A DNA stretch of 59,095 nucleotides, taken from positions 1 through 59,095 of the IMG/VR virus record IMGVR_UViG_3300029305_005988; one strand, given 5' to 3'. The notes under the pieces are model-generated. The model was not told the DNA's origin. It made no database searches and worked only from the letters and a program-made list of their open reading frames with translations. A program made the translations under genes and the position numbers. Below, piece by piece: positions 46,641 to 56,321 of the stretch; the stretch's first letter is position 1, and the number at the start of each line of letters is the position of its first letter. This DNA is from a virus (lineage: Duplodnaviria; Heunggongvirae; Uroviricota; Caudoviricetes).

Positions 46641-48251
46641 TTAGCTCATAGCTTCTTTATTGCGAATTGTTTTTTCGCTTTTTTGATCATCAGGCTTTTC
46701 TTGTCTGCCGACTTTCTTTTTTTCAACAACTTCTTCCTACTTGTTTTCATTATTTTCAGCAGGTTTGTTGCTATTTTGAATTTTTGCTTTTGCCTCTTCT
46801 TTTTGTTGCTTAGATTGGAAGAGACTAGAAATGTCAAGAACCTCGTTTTCAAACTTTGCAGTTGCTAAAACTGCCGATTGAGATTGTCCTAAAGCAATGC
46901 TAGCAAGCAGCTTAGAGCCGCCTTGCGCGCTTTGTTCTCTATAAATTTTTGACATATCTTTATAATTATAAATTGTTGTAGGAAGTATTTCAACTTTATA
47001 ATATAACTTTTTTGGATTTTTATTCAAAGGTTTGATAATATAATTTAAAAATGACTAAAATTGAAGAAGAAGGTTATACATATTCGCTTCATCATCAAGA
47101 ATGCTCTTTTCTAATGCGATATTACCATCGGTATTAAATAAATTTTGTGCAGTACCAGATTCATTATAAACGGTTCTCTCAACCTTTTCTAATTCATCAA
47201 TAGTAGTAGCAGTATTTTTATCTGCCATATCAGCAACTTCTACCTCTGCAAAAGTTGTTAATACATCAATACCAATAGCCTTACCTAACATTCTAACAGC
47301 ATTATTATGAAGCTGTTGTGCTTCATCAACATCAAATATCAAATCGCCATTTTTATCTAATGGCATTTTCTAAATAATGATTTTGAGAAGCTTTTGAGCC
47401 ATTTTCTTTCTATCCAACTCTTGAGCGGCATCCAAATCAATAATATGTGGAATAACCGAAATAAAAGGAGGATAATCTTCGCCATTAATATTAAATTTCA
47501 TAGTATGCTCTGGGTCGAGCAAATACCATCCCGCAGTATCTCCAGGAAAGTCTGGAATTAACTATCCATTAATATAAGCAGTATATCCTTTTTGAAAATC
47601 TCGTGGAAACATTTTTAAGATACGAAGGCGCTGATCTTTATCTTTATAGAAGTCATCAAAAAACTTCATGTTAAACTCTACTGCCGGACGTCCCTTTACG
47701 CTATATCTTGATCTACAGTATCTTGGCAAAAGCTCTTGCACTTGCGCAGTATCTGTATCCTCAATAATATATCCGTAATAACACCCTTGGCGCATTATTT
47801 TTAATGCCACTTCGCCAAAATACTCTTTTACGCCAAAAGCATCGAGATAAGCACTATTTTTATCAAAACCTTCAATAATCTTATCTGGAGTAACTTTATT
47901 TGAAGTAGCATAAGGAATAATGAACCAGTCGTATCTATAAAAATTAGCAAGGTGTTTACAAAGTCTAGAATAAATACCACTTACTTTAAAGTAGAACTCA
48001 GAAGCCTCTCTCATAAACTCTATATCGCCTCTAGCAATAGCCTGCTAAATACGCTCTTTTGTCATACGAGGATCAAGTTTCTTATAATTACCCAAATTAA
48101 CGACTGCGTCGTCAAGATGTCTAATTCCTACTTTTATCTTTGAATAGTCCAACTCTGGAATAACATTTCCATCTACTGGAGCACTTCTTGGGGTGCTTAT
48201 ATCAAAACCTTTAGAATGAATCTCTTGTATTCTGTTATTCAAGTTAAGCAC
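46641..48251 (-). CDS. Portal protein, 536 aa (5 in-frame TAG)
   Basis: Fragments at 48251, 48014, 47366 and 47027 share one frame; ..III*KMP..; ends GRQEKPDDQKSEKTI.. Confidence 0.82.
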
Positions 48252-48268
48252 CTCTTCTTTCTCTAAAT

Positions 48269-48297
48269 ATTATATTCAAAATTTTAAATCTTGTCAA
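48269..48297 (-). promoter_or_regulatory. sigmaA-type promoter upstream of the portal gene
   Basis: TTGACA-17-TATAAT on the - strand. Confidence 0.8.
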
Positions 48298-48659
48298 TAA
48301 CCAGCAGCCTTAAAAATATAGTCATAGTTTATTCTTCCTTCGTCATAGTAAGGAATTAAAACCAAGGGAATATTGTGTTTTTTACAATATTCCCTTTTTA
48401 ACATATCATAGTATTGCTATTGGCGTAAACCTGCTACACCGCCAAATTTAGACTTGGGCTCATAATGTTGGATACCTTGATATTCAATTAAAAAATCAAC
48501 TTCTCCATCATCATCTAAAACCGCAAAATCAAAACGCAAAGGGGTTTTAGTATGTCCAACAAGATCTGGAAATGAATATTCTTCAGTAAAAGAGACACCC
48601 GCTTCAGTTAAAATATCACAAATTTTAATCTCTCCGCGACTTGCTTTCACTTGTATCAC
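48294..48659 (-). CDS. Small PD-(D/E)XK/Vsr-like nuclease, ~121 aa (1 TAG)
   Basis: SRGE..LRFDFAV..LIEYQGIQHY..D..KREYC..IPL; the start may be the GTG at 48650. Confidence 0.75.
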
Positions 48660-48672
48660 TCCTTTACTATTG

Positions 48673-48713
48673 TTATATAAAAAATGTGTAATATAGTTTA
48701 TTTAAAATTGTCC
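48673..48713 (-). promoter_or_regulatory. Putative phage promoter GGACA-N29-TATATA
   Basis: TGTCC at 48709-48713 on the + strand; 29-nt spacer. Confidence 0.6.
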
Positions 48714-48722
48714 GAAATTTTG

Positions 48723-49871
48723 TTACGAGAAGAACATCATTTCAGATATGTTTCTTTTCTTTCTTTTTCTACTACGATCTTCCTCTTGTTTAATATAATA
48801 TAAACCATATTCAAAAGCAGAAAATTTATCTTTGGGAATACTTCTTGAAGACTACTTAAGAATAATATTAACACCTTCGTTGTCTTCTACTAAATTTAAT
48901 AATTGCTCGCGCAAGATGGTGGTTAAAGTAAAAGGTTTTAGATACTCTGCGCGCTTGGCCGCATCCATTTCCTATCCCATCTTAGTTGTCATCAATTTAG
49001 TTTTAGCCTAAGTTTCATCTATTAATAAATTAATTTTACCACCAACTAATTGAGTTTGAACATAAGTATGTGCTTCTGTATTAATAGGCGCATTAGCTTT
49101 AATTAAATACATAGCATTTTCCTCAACACCGGGACCCTTAATTTTCTTATACTATTCATTAAACTCGTCTGAGGTTCCGCCTTCAACTCCAAAAGGAGGT
49201 AAATATTCTCCTGTTTCTGGATCTTCTTGACCTTTTGTCATAAAGTCAATTAGACCTGCGCCAAGACCATTCGCGTCTATTGCCGCAATACGCGCCTTGT
49301 ATTTATAAAATAACTTCTTAATTTTAATAGCTTGCGCTTCAAAGTCCTCTGCTTCATAAGAATAGAGATTAACTAAAGATTTATGTGCAGCGCCCTATAT
49401 CTATGGAGTAACTTTAAATACACATACCTCTGTAGTGCATTTAAAACGGCCAACGTCAATTCCTAATACATAATAACCATTTTTAGAGGTGCGGCCAGAG
49501 AATTCATATTCTGGCTGTAATAATTGACGATGTTTATCAAACTTTTCTGCAGAGAAAAACGCATTTTCGGCATCTCCAGACCACTCTGACTCATATTCAC
49601 GGCTAAAAGATGCATCATTATAAGTTCCATCAAGCTTTAATTCCTCAATAAAACTTTTCTTCAATAATTTTTCCATAACAGGAATGCGCCAAGTTCCACC
49701 CATAACAACTGCTTCATCAGGGTAGATAATCTGACGAATAAGAAGTTCTATAAGTTTCTCGTATGCGAAGCTGTTTTTCCATCCTGCGGTAGTCACATAA
49801 ATCTACGATTTGTTAACAGTCTCATCTTCTATACGAGAGCCGTCTGAAAGTCTTCGGTCTACGTTCATGGT
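48723..49871 (-). CDS. terL: Terminase large subunit, exon 2 (TAG-containing)
   Basis: TMNVDRR..KS*IYVTTAG..YESEWSG..YVLGIDVGR..IAAIDANGLG..DKFSAFEY. Confidence 0.9.
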
Positions 49872-49885
49872 CAAGAAAACATCTA

Positions 49886-50605
49886 TTAGATGTCTTCTTG
49901 GACTATATCATCAACTAATTTCCATTTATAACCTTTGTGACGAATATTCATACCACTGCATACTCTGCTAATGGCTGAAGAGGTCCCATCTACGGCTCTC
50001 GCCGCTTCTTTGAAACTTGGAAAAATTGCCAAAATATTTCCATTTTCATCACATTGAGCAACCTTTTTGCCCGTTATAAATTTTTTCTCAATTTTGGTCA
50101 CATCTTGAATATCATCATAATATCTCCATTGGTAATCATTAGCTGTCTATCTTTGACGTCTGCAACACATTGTGATTTTGCTTTGTGAACCGCCTGTTTG
50201 ACGAGCTGCCTCAGAGACACTTTCAAAGGTTGCCATCTGCACACCGTCAAGATTATATTGAATTACTGGTCTTGCCCTACCGGACATGAATAAACCAGTT
50301 TCTATAGCATGCTGAGTATTTTCTGAGGGAGTAACCCATTCTAAATTCTCAACATTATTATCTCCACGATTACCATTAATATGATTTACATAAGGTTTCT
50401 TTTCTGGATTGTCAAGAAAAGTTTCAGCCACCATTCTATGCACTCTCATTCTTTTTTGTTTTCCTGCTATAAGCAAAGTTACAAATTTATAATCCTGCTA
50501 AGAAGATTGTGATAAAATATAGTCTGTTGTGTCTTTTCTTACTACCCCTTCTGTTGAAACACTATAATCTGTTTCAACACCTTCAAAATAAAATTTTTTC
50601 CACAT
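49886..50605 (-). CDS. Intron-encoded HNH homing endonuclease (NUMOD-type), 239 aa (2 TAG)
   Basis: AAGGAG RBS; VHRMVAETF..VNHINGNRGDNNVENLEW; two NUMOD1-like repeats; the 3' end overlaps the intron S element. Confidence 0.9.
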
Positions 50606-50658
50606 AATATTACTCCTTTTGATTTACATTCTATCCCGGGATTATTCCCTTTCATGAA

Positions 50659-50698
50659 TATATAAAATTTAAAGTAGCAATATTATCAAAATTTGACC
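50659..50698 (-). promoter_or_regulatory. Putative phage promoter GGTCA-N29-TATATA inside the terL intron
   Basis: TGACC at 50694-50698 on the + strand; 29-nt spacer; upstream of the HNH gene. Confidence 0.65.
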
Positions 50699-50912
50699 AA
50701 AATTTTTAGTTGCGGTGCGCTTCGAGTGGTGATCAATTCCACCCTAACCGGTACACTCATCCCGGATAGTCTCTACACCTTCAACACCATACGGTGAAGC
50801 TTGGCACGGGGTTTTTGACTGTTCCCCGTTAGCAGATCCGAAGATCCACACCCTTGTATCACAGGTTCACACCGTTTTCCACAGTAGCTCACGCTGCTGC
50901 GCCCCAGTATCT

Positions 50913-51509
50913 AGGGATTATTACTTCATTCAACAAGGTCTAGTCTATAAGAATACATTCCTCCATTAAACCACCAGTAGCACGTTTACCACGAGAGGAC
51001 TGGCGCGCAGCCATAATGTCTAATTTTGAACCATTTTTGAATATTAATTCAATATTATCTTTACTAGTTTTAGTTTTACCTCTTGTCATATCTAGTTCAT
51101 TTTTTAAACCAGGTATTAACTTACAAAGCTCATCTGACTTTTCTTTAGCAATACCCGCCGCCTACTCTTTGCCGCCTGTAGTAACGAATAAATGACTACC
51201 GGGATAAAGTATGCATCTAAGCATTAAAACAAGTACTGATAAGAAGCTCTTTGAATATGCACGAGGGAAAGTGGCATAAGCATATCTATGACGCATAACT
51301 GCGCGCAAAAAAAGACGCTAATAAAAGAATAGTGAAAAGTTCTCTGGATTAGAACCACAAAGAAACTCTACAAACATATCTGGGTACTCACGCCAATAAG
51401 CTACATACTAACGAATTATTGGAATCTAAACTCTTATTCGCTCTTCAGAAATACCAATCTTTTTCTAGCCCCCTTCAAGAGCGAGATTAATTAAATCTTG
51501 AACTGCCAT
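50913..51509 (-). CDS. terL: Terminase large subunit, exon 1 (6 TAG)
   Basis: LFFY*RLFLR..FPRAYSKSF (Walker A region), GGKE*AA, GGLMEE (Walker B). Confidence 0.9.
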
Positions 51510-51513
51510 AATA

Positions 51514-52725
51514 TCACTCTTTCTCCAAGAGATCTCGGTCTTTCTTTCTCATTTCTAGAAGATTATCATAGTGTTCAATAATATCTTCATCATCAAGTTC
51601 CGTAGGCGCATAAGGATCATAATCTTCTCCTTCTTCCTCTTGGCGGCGTTCGGCTTCTTTATTCATTTCATTTTGAATCATAATCTTTTTCAACGAGTCC
51701 TCAATTTGTTGTCCAAATCCTAAATCTTGAGTAACTAACTTTCGCACATATTCATTCATATCTTTTAAAGTCATATCAACTTTATCCTGAGGAATATCTG
51801 TTGCAAAACGTGGAATAAAGCCATCTCGTTCACATATAGCTATAAGTTCTCCAACAGAATCAACAAAGTCGCCTTTTTGCTCTTTATTTTGCGCCGCAGT
51901 GAATTTTGCTGATTTACGTAATGACTCAGACACTTTAGACAATTTTTGGAATCCTTCAATATCTCCGCAATCAATAGCTTGATTTGCTTTTAAATTCGTT
52001 TTACACAAAAGGATTAAAGTATTCTCAGAGTCTGCGTCCTAAATATCAAAAGACTTCTTCATCTTTTGATAATCTGTTTCAAGTTCAACCCATTCACTTG
52101 GCTTATAAAACTTACCCCACTTCATTGCAAAAGTAATCTTTTCTTCTTGAGTCATGTGTGCTGCAGGATCAGGAATCTCCGCATCATCAAGAAATTGAGT
52201 TTCATCATATGGATTATTTTCTCCTAGATAAGGGCCATGCGCCGCTAGCATACTCATCATCTAATCGTTACGCGCTTTGGGGGATGTAAGAGTTTTATAC
52301 TATGCTTCAGAAATCTAGCCAGATTCAAATTGCTCTTGATACATTGCATCAAGTTCAGCTTTTTCCGCAGACGCCTAGGCGCTTTGCTAAAAATACATTT
52401 CCTATATTTTTTCATTATCTGCCCAATAAAAGTCTTTCCACTATTTTAGTTTTGTTTTCGATAAGTAAGATCCAAAAACAGCGGAATGTGAAATTGGCGC
52501 ATCAGGCTTTTTCGCCATTTTCTTTTCAATAACCGTATTCCATTCTTGTGGAATATAAGGAACATCGAGTTTTTCTAATAGCCATGTAAAAGTACTTGGA
52601 TCAAAAACATCCACATGCATTGTTAAACATTTTTTACACAATTCTACATAACTACCGTCTCGATATTTATAAAAATTAACTTCTTCTAATTCTTTATTGC
52701 ATTTATCACAATGATATTTTGCCAT
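51514..52725 (-). CDS. Zn-ribbon protein directly upstream of terL, candidate small terminase, 403 aa (several TAG)
   Basis: CDKC/CKKC; fragments at 52725, 52260 and 52008 share one frame; TerS role inferred from position only. Confidence 0.65.
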
Positions 52726-52798
52726 TTATTATTCTCCTTTCGTAGTTAATTCTATTGAAAGTAAAAATAGAACAATATCATTTCATTAAAATTGATAT

Positions 52799-53968
52799 TT
52801 ATTTTTTATTTCTGCACTCTTTACAAATGCTATACAATCCATCTTTACTGGTGTTATTTTTTGAAAAAAAACGTGTGCTAGAAGGTTTTAGCTGTTTACA
52901 ACAAGAGCACTTTTTCCAAACGCCCTTTTCTACATTGGTATAATGCCATATTAAATAATCATTTTGCGCCTTCTCTGCAATTATTTTTGGAATTTTAGTT
53001 CTCCATAAAGAAGATATATACTAAATTGAATAAGAGATATTATATTTTTCTTTTAACATGGTTTGAATTTCTGCGCTAGTCTTTCCATCAAATTTCATTT
53101 TTAAGAAATCTAAAAAATGGGGATATTTTTCAAGGCTTTTATTCAAGAGTAAGTCAAAATCTTCCATAAGATAATAAAAGTCATTTTGATAGCGCCCATT
53201 GGTCTCTAACTTTAACGCATTGTAATTACTTAAAATTGCCAAAATGTGAACTGGATTAAAGAAGGATATTAGCCCATCGCTTTGAGGATTTCCATTTGAA
53301 TCAACCCACCGATGCTCAGAGAGGTCAACTTTGTTTAATCCATGCGGCGTGGGCGCCAAATACATAGGAGGCTTAGCAGAATTCTTAAGCGCATACTAAT
53401 CACGGCGCATTTCAATCAACTACTTTTTAAGTAAATACTTTTTTTTACCAGTTGCCGCTTTTATCGCCTCTTCAGTGGCTTGCATTTGAATTTTAAGCTC
53501 TTTTAATCCAGGAATTGTGTTAATATCTTCATCTGTAATTCCAATTTTAGGTGTAAGTAAAACATTTTTATCATTTACCATCAAATTATAAATTCCATCT
53601 TCGCCATTTTCAAACTTTTCTGCCAATCCTTCAAAAGAAGTTTCGCGCTTATTAATCGTTATCAAGCGATTATCAGTCAAGTATAGGCGCGCCTTTTTTT
53701 CTTCTTTACTAATGCCGCCCATTATGTAATCACCTAAAATCTCTAAATAGCGATTGCTTAATTTCTCCTTAGGGGTTTGCGCCACGATCTTATTAACAAG
53801 GTCGGCGCGCTCTTCGCAGGTTTTTAATTTATAGTCTAGCTTAATAGTAGATTCAATATTTTCTTCGAGTAATTTCTCCTCAATAACTTCTGCCTCTTGT
53901 TCAGGAGCCGAGTCTTCGGTATCTGGGTCTTCTTCTGGCAGAATGTCTGATAAGGTTATTTTTTCCAT
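52799..53968 (-). CDS. Candidate transcription regulator: HTH/sigma-region-4-like segment plus C-terminal Zn ribbon, 389 aa (3 TAG)
   Basis: KK*LIEMRRD*YALK; ..GKTSAEIQ..YSI*YISSLWR..; CSCC..CKEC. Confidence 0.6.
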
Positions 53969-53999
53969 ATTATGGCTCCTTTCATCTATCTTTAATCAA

Positions 54000-54076
54000 A
54001 TTATACCAAAAATTTTGAAAAATGTCAATAGATCGAGGAGTTTTGGCTTGACATTTTAAAATTTTCAAGATATAAT
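54000..54076. promoter_or_regulatory. Divergent pair of sigmaA-type promoters at the strand switch
   Basis: - strand TTGACA-17-TATAAT at 54028-54000; + strand TTGACA-17-TATAAT at 54048-54076. Confidence 0.88.
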
Positions 54077-54106
54077 ATAATTAAAGATTATTAAAGGAGA
54101 AAAATA

Positions 54107-54451
54107 ATGCAAACTATTTGGAAATATAAAATTGAACCAGATTTTATTAATCAGGTATATAGAATGCCTAAGGGCGCAATAGTGTTAAGTGTTGGCGCCG
54201 ATGCTCATAATAATTTATGTTTTTGGGCAAAAGTAGACACAACTGCTGAATATGAAGATCATCTAATGGCATGTGTAGGGACTGGTTGGGAGATGGATCA
54301 CATCTTTAATTCAAGAGATAGATATGCGTGCTTTGTTGGAACGATTAAAAGAGGCGAATATATATATCATATTATTGATCTTGGCGGCGATCCAGATACA
54401 AAGAAGATTGAGCTGCACCCTTCAGCGCCGAATAGCGAGGTGGGCGCATGA
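54107..54451 (+). CDS. Hypothetical phage protein
   Basis: AAGGAG RBS; MQTIWKY..MPKGA..GTG. Confidence 0.8.
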   Translation: MQTIWKYKIEPDFINQVYRMPKGAIVLSVGADAHNNLCFWAKVDTTAEYEDHLMACVGTGWEMDHIFNSRDRYACFVGTIKRGEYIYHIIDLGGDPDTKKIELHPSAPNSEVGA

Positions 54452-54636
54452 AACCAATTATCGTTAAAGTAAGCAAAGATAAAAATGGATGTGAATTTAT
54501 TACTCTTACTCTTGCCGAGTTTGAAGCTGCTATTGATGGTGCATATGATGCAGGATATGTTGATAGCCGCCGCGAACAAGAGATGTTGACCGCAGTGTTA
54601 AACAAACCTTTAGAGGTACTTGAAAATGATGACTGA
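54448..54636 (+). CDS. Hypothetical protein
   Basis: GAGG RBS; ATGA coupling to the upstream gene. Confidence 0.7.
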   Translation: MKPIIVKVSKDKNGCEFITLTLAEFEAAIDGAYDAGYVDSRREQEMLTAVLNKPLEVLENDD

Positions 54637-55390
54637 GTTAGAACTTTTTAAAATGTGTAACAAAGATAAAATCTATACTTAGGTAGGAGATGGAGTGGAC
54701 TATGGATTCATAGAGGATTCAGGCGAGGGGATTTTATATATTTTCTTTGAACCAAGCGATGGCTTAGATGATTGGCGCAATAATTTCTCCTATTGGCGCC
54801 GCCCCTATAAAGATATGGAAATCTCTTATCGTGTGCACGGCGGTTTTCTAAAGTGCTGGAAAACAGTAGAGGATATTATTATTAATAAGATTCTTGAAGA
54901 GGATCCTATGGAAAATGGAAGCTATAGATGGCGCAGAATTGTAGTAGTAGGATATAGTCATGGAGGCGCGCTCGCCGCACTTTGTCATGAATGTGTTTGG
55001 TTCCATAGAGGAGATTTGCGCCAAGGAGATCATATACTAGGATATGGATTCGAAGCCCCGCGTATTTATGCGGGTTGGCGCCTGCCGCAAAAATTAAAAG
55101 AGCGCTGGCGCACCTTTAAAGTATATAGAAACAAAAATGATATCGTAACACATATGCCGCCTGTATGTTTCTTTTTTAGACATGTAGGAGAAATTGTGAA
55201 GATTGGCGCAGAGAGCGCGTGTGGGCCCATTGAGGCGCATTATAGGACATGGGTAAGGGTTGGTCTTGGAGAGAAAATTGAGAATATTGCGGCAGAGTTA
55301 AAAAGAGAGAAAGAGTGGAGTAAACAAAAGAAACGCGCGAGAGCGGCCGAAAAAGCTAAACAGAGACGCATGCGTAAAAAATCAAATTGA
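54626..55390 (+). CDS. Class-3 lipase-like alpha/beta hydrolase, 254 aa (1 TAG)
   Basis: VHGGF, VVGYSHGGALA (GxSxG), NKNDIVTHMPP, late His; ATG at 54626 with GAGG RBS, TAG at 54680. Confidence 0.85.
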
Positions 55391-55400
55391 ATAGGTGATA

Positions 55401-55430
55401 AAGAGGGATTTTATTTAAAATCCCTCTTTT
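55401..55430 (+). terminator. Intrinsic terminator
   Basis: AAAGAGGGATTTT-N4-AAAATCCCTCTTT. Confidence 0.8.
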
Positions 55431-55653
55431 ATTATGCGTTATTAAATGGTTATCGTTTTTTGAAATTATTTGAATTTTCTAGGAGAGAATTGTCGCGAGC
55501 AAAACCACTTTAGCGTGCTAAAAAGTTAAAATCCCGTAAAGCTTTACAATGTGGCGTAGTTTTCCAATTTTTACCAAAAGACACCCAAAATTTGTTCACA
55601 ATTTGTTCAAAAAGAAAATACAAAAAATTCAAAAAGAAATTTTCATTTTCCTA

Positions 55654-55682
55654 TTGACAATCAATCCAAACTGTGGTACAAT
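55654..55682 (+). promoter_or_regulatory. Early sigmaA promoter (extended -10)
   Basis: TTGACA-17-TACAAT with TG. Confidence 0.8.
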
Positions 55683-55740
55683 ATGCACAGAGGGGCAAGA
55701 GAGTCACTCAACAAAAAACAAAAAAAGAGAGGTAAACAAA

Positions 55741-55911
55741 ATGAAAAATGCAAACTTTGAAAAAACTTTACTTATGAAAGAGTACGGCGCGGAAACCTAC
55801 GGAATTAAAAACTATGACGGCATGACGGAAGAAGAAATTATAAACGCATGCGACGCTAATAATTTTGGCGGTCGAGTTTATGGCAATATTTGCAAAGTAT
55901 ACATTGATTAA
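55741..55911 (+). CDS. Small early hypothetical protein
   Basis: AGAGG RBS; ATG at 55741. Confidence 0.75.
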   Translation: MKNANFEKTLLMKEYGAETYGIKNYDGMTEEEIINACDANNFGGRVYGNICKVYID

Positions 55912-55924
55912 AGGGGGTAAAGAT

Positions 55925-56104
55925 ATGGATACGACAAGAGCCATACTCAAAGAGGTATTTGATAATCACCACCGCATTTATGCGCGACTTGCCTTTGATT
56001 GGGCAGACAATGAGTGCTGTGATATTCACGGCATGACCATAGACCATGACGATTATATTATCACTATCCATACCGAGAGAGGAGATTGGGAATATGCTTA
56101 TTGA
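55925..56104 (+). CDS. Small early hypothetical protein
   Basis: AAGGGGG RBS; ATG at 55925. Confidence 0.72.
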   Translation: MDTTRAILKEVFDNHHRIYARLAFDWADNECCDIHGMTIDHDDYIITIHTERGDWEYAY

Positions 56105-56291
56105 TAGATACATAGACAACCGCAAGCAAGCGGAATTTGAGGAAGCCGTGGACGCCCTTGACCGAGAGGTCAGGGAAGCCCACGAGGGACTCATGGCATA
56201 CTATGAGGAATTAGCGCAGAAGTATGACATGGAAGAGGATATAAGCGCACAGTACGAAGAGCATATGCTCGAAAGAATAGGGGCGGTATAA
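56094..56291 (+). CDS. Small acidic early protein
   Basis: GAGGAG RBS; ATG at 56094. Confidence 0.72.
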   Translation: MLIDRYIDNRKQAEFEEAVDALDREVREAHEGLMAYYEELAQKYDMEEDISAQYEEHMLERIGAV

Positions 56292-56321
56292 ACCGCCCCA
56301 TATGAAAGGAAGGTATATATA

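Larger units (their letters stand above)
49872..50912 (-). mobile_element. Group I intron (1041 nt) in terL, encoding an HNH endonuclease
   Basis: 5' exon ends in U (CCT) and the intron ends in G; P3 CGGTG/CACCG, GCTAACGGGGAA, CCCCGTGCCAAG, TGTAGAGACTAT, GATGATATAGTCC; splicing restores EVIIP|TMNV in phase 0. Confidence 0.9.

Noticed and set aside
49872-50912. Intein or group II intron in terL
   Set aside because: The frame hits TGA seven codons into the insert, there is no RT or intein motif, and U|..G| junctions plus group I core elements are present.
12622-53968. Degraded prophage or mass pseudogenisation as the explanation for the fragmented ORFs
   Set aside because: Breaks are TAG only, never frameshifts or TAA/TGA in the stretches checked; the fragments share one frame and TAG falls at Gln-compatible motif positions.
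55508-55525. CIRCE/HrcA operator at TTTAGCGTGCTAAA
   Set aside because: The palindrome lacks the TTAGCACTC-N9-GAGTGCTAA arms and spacing.
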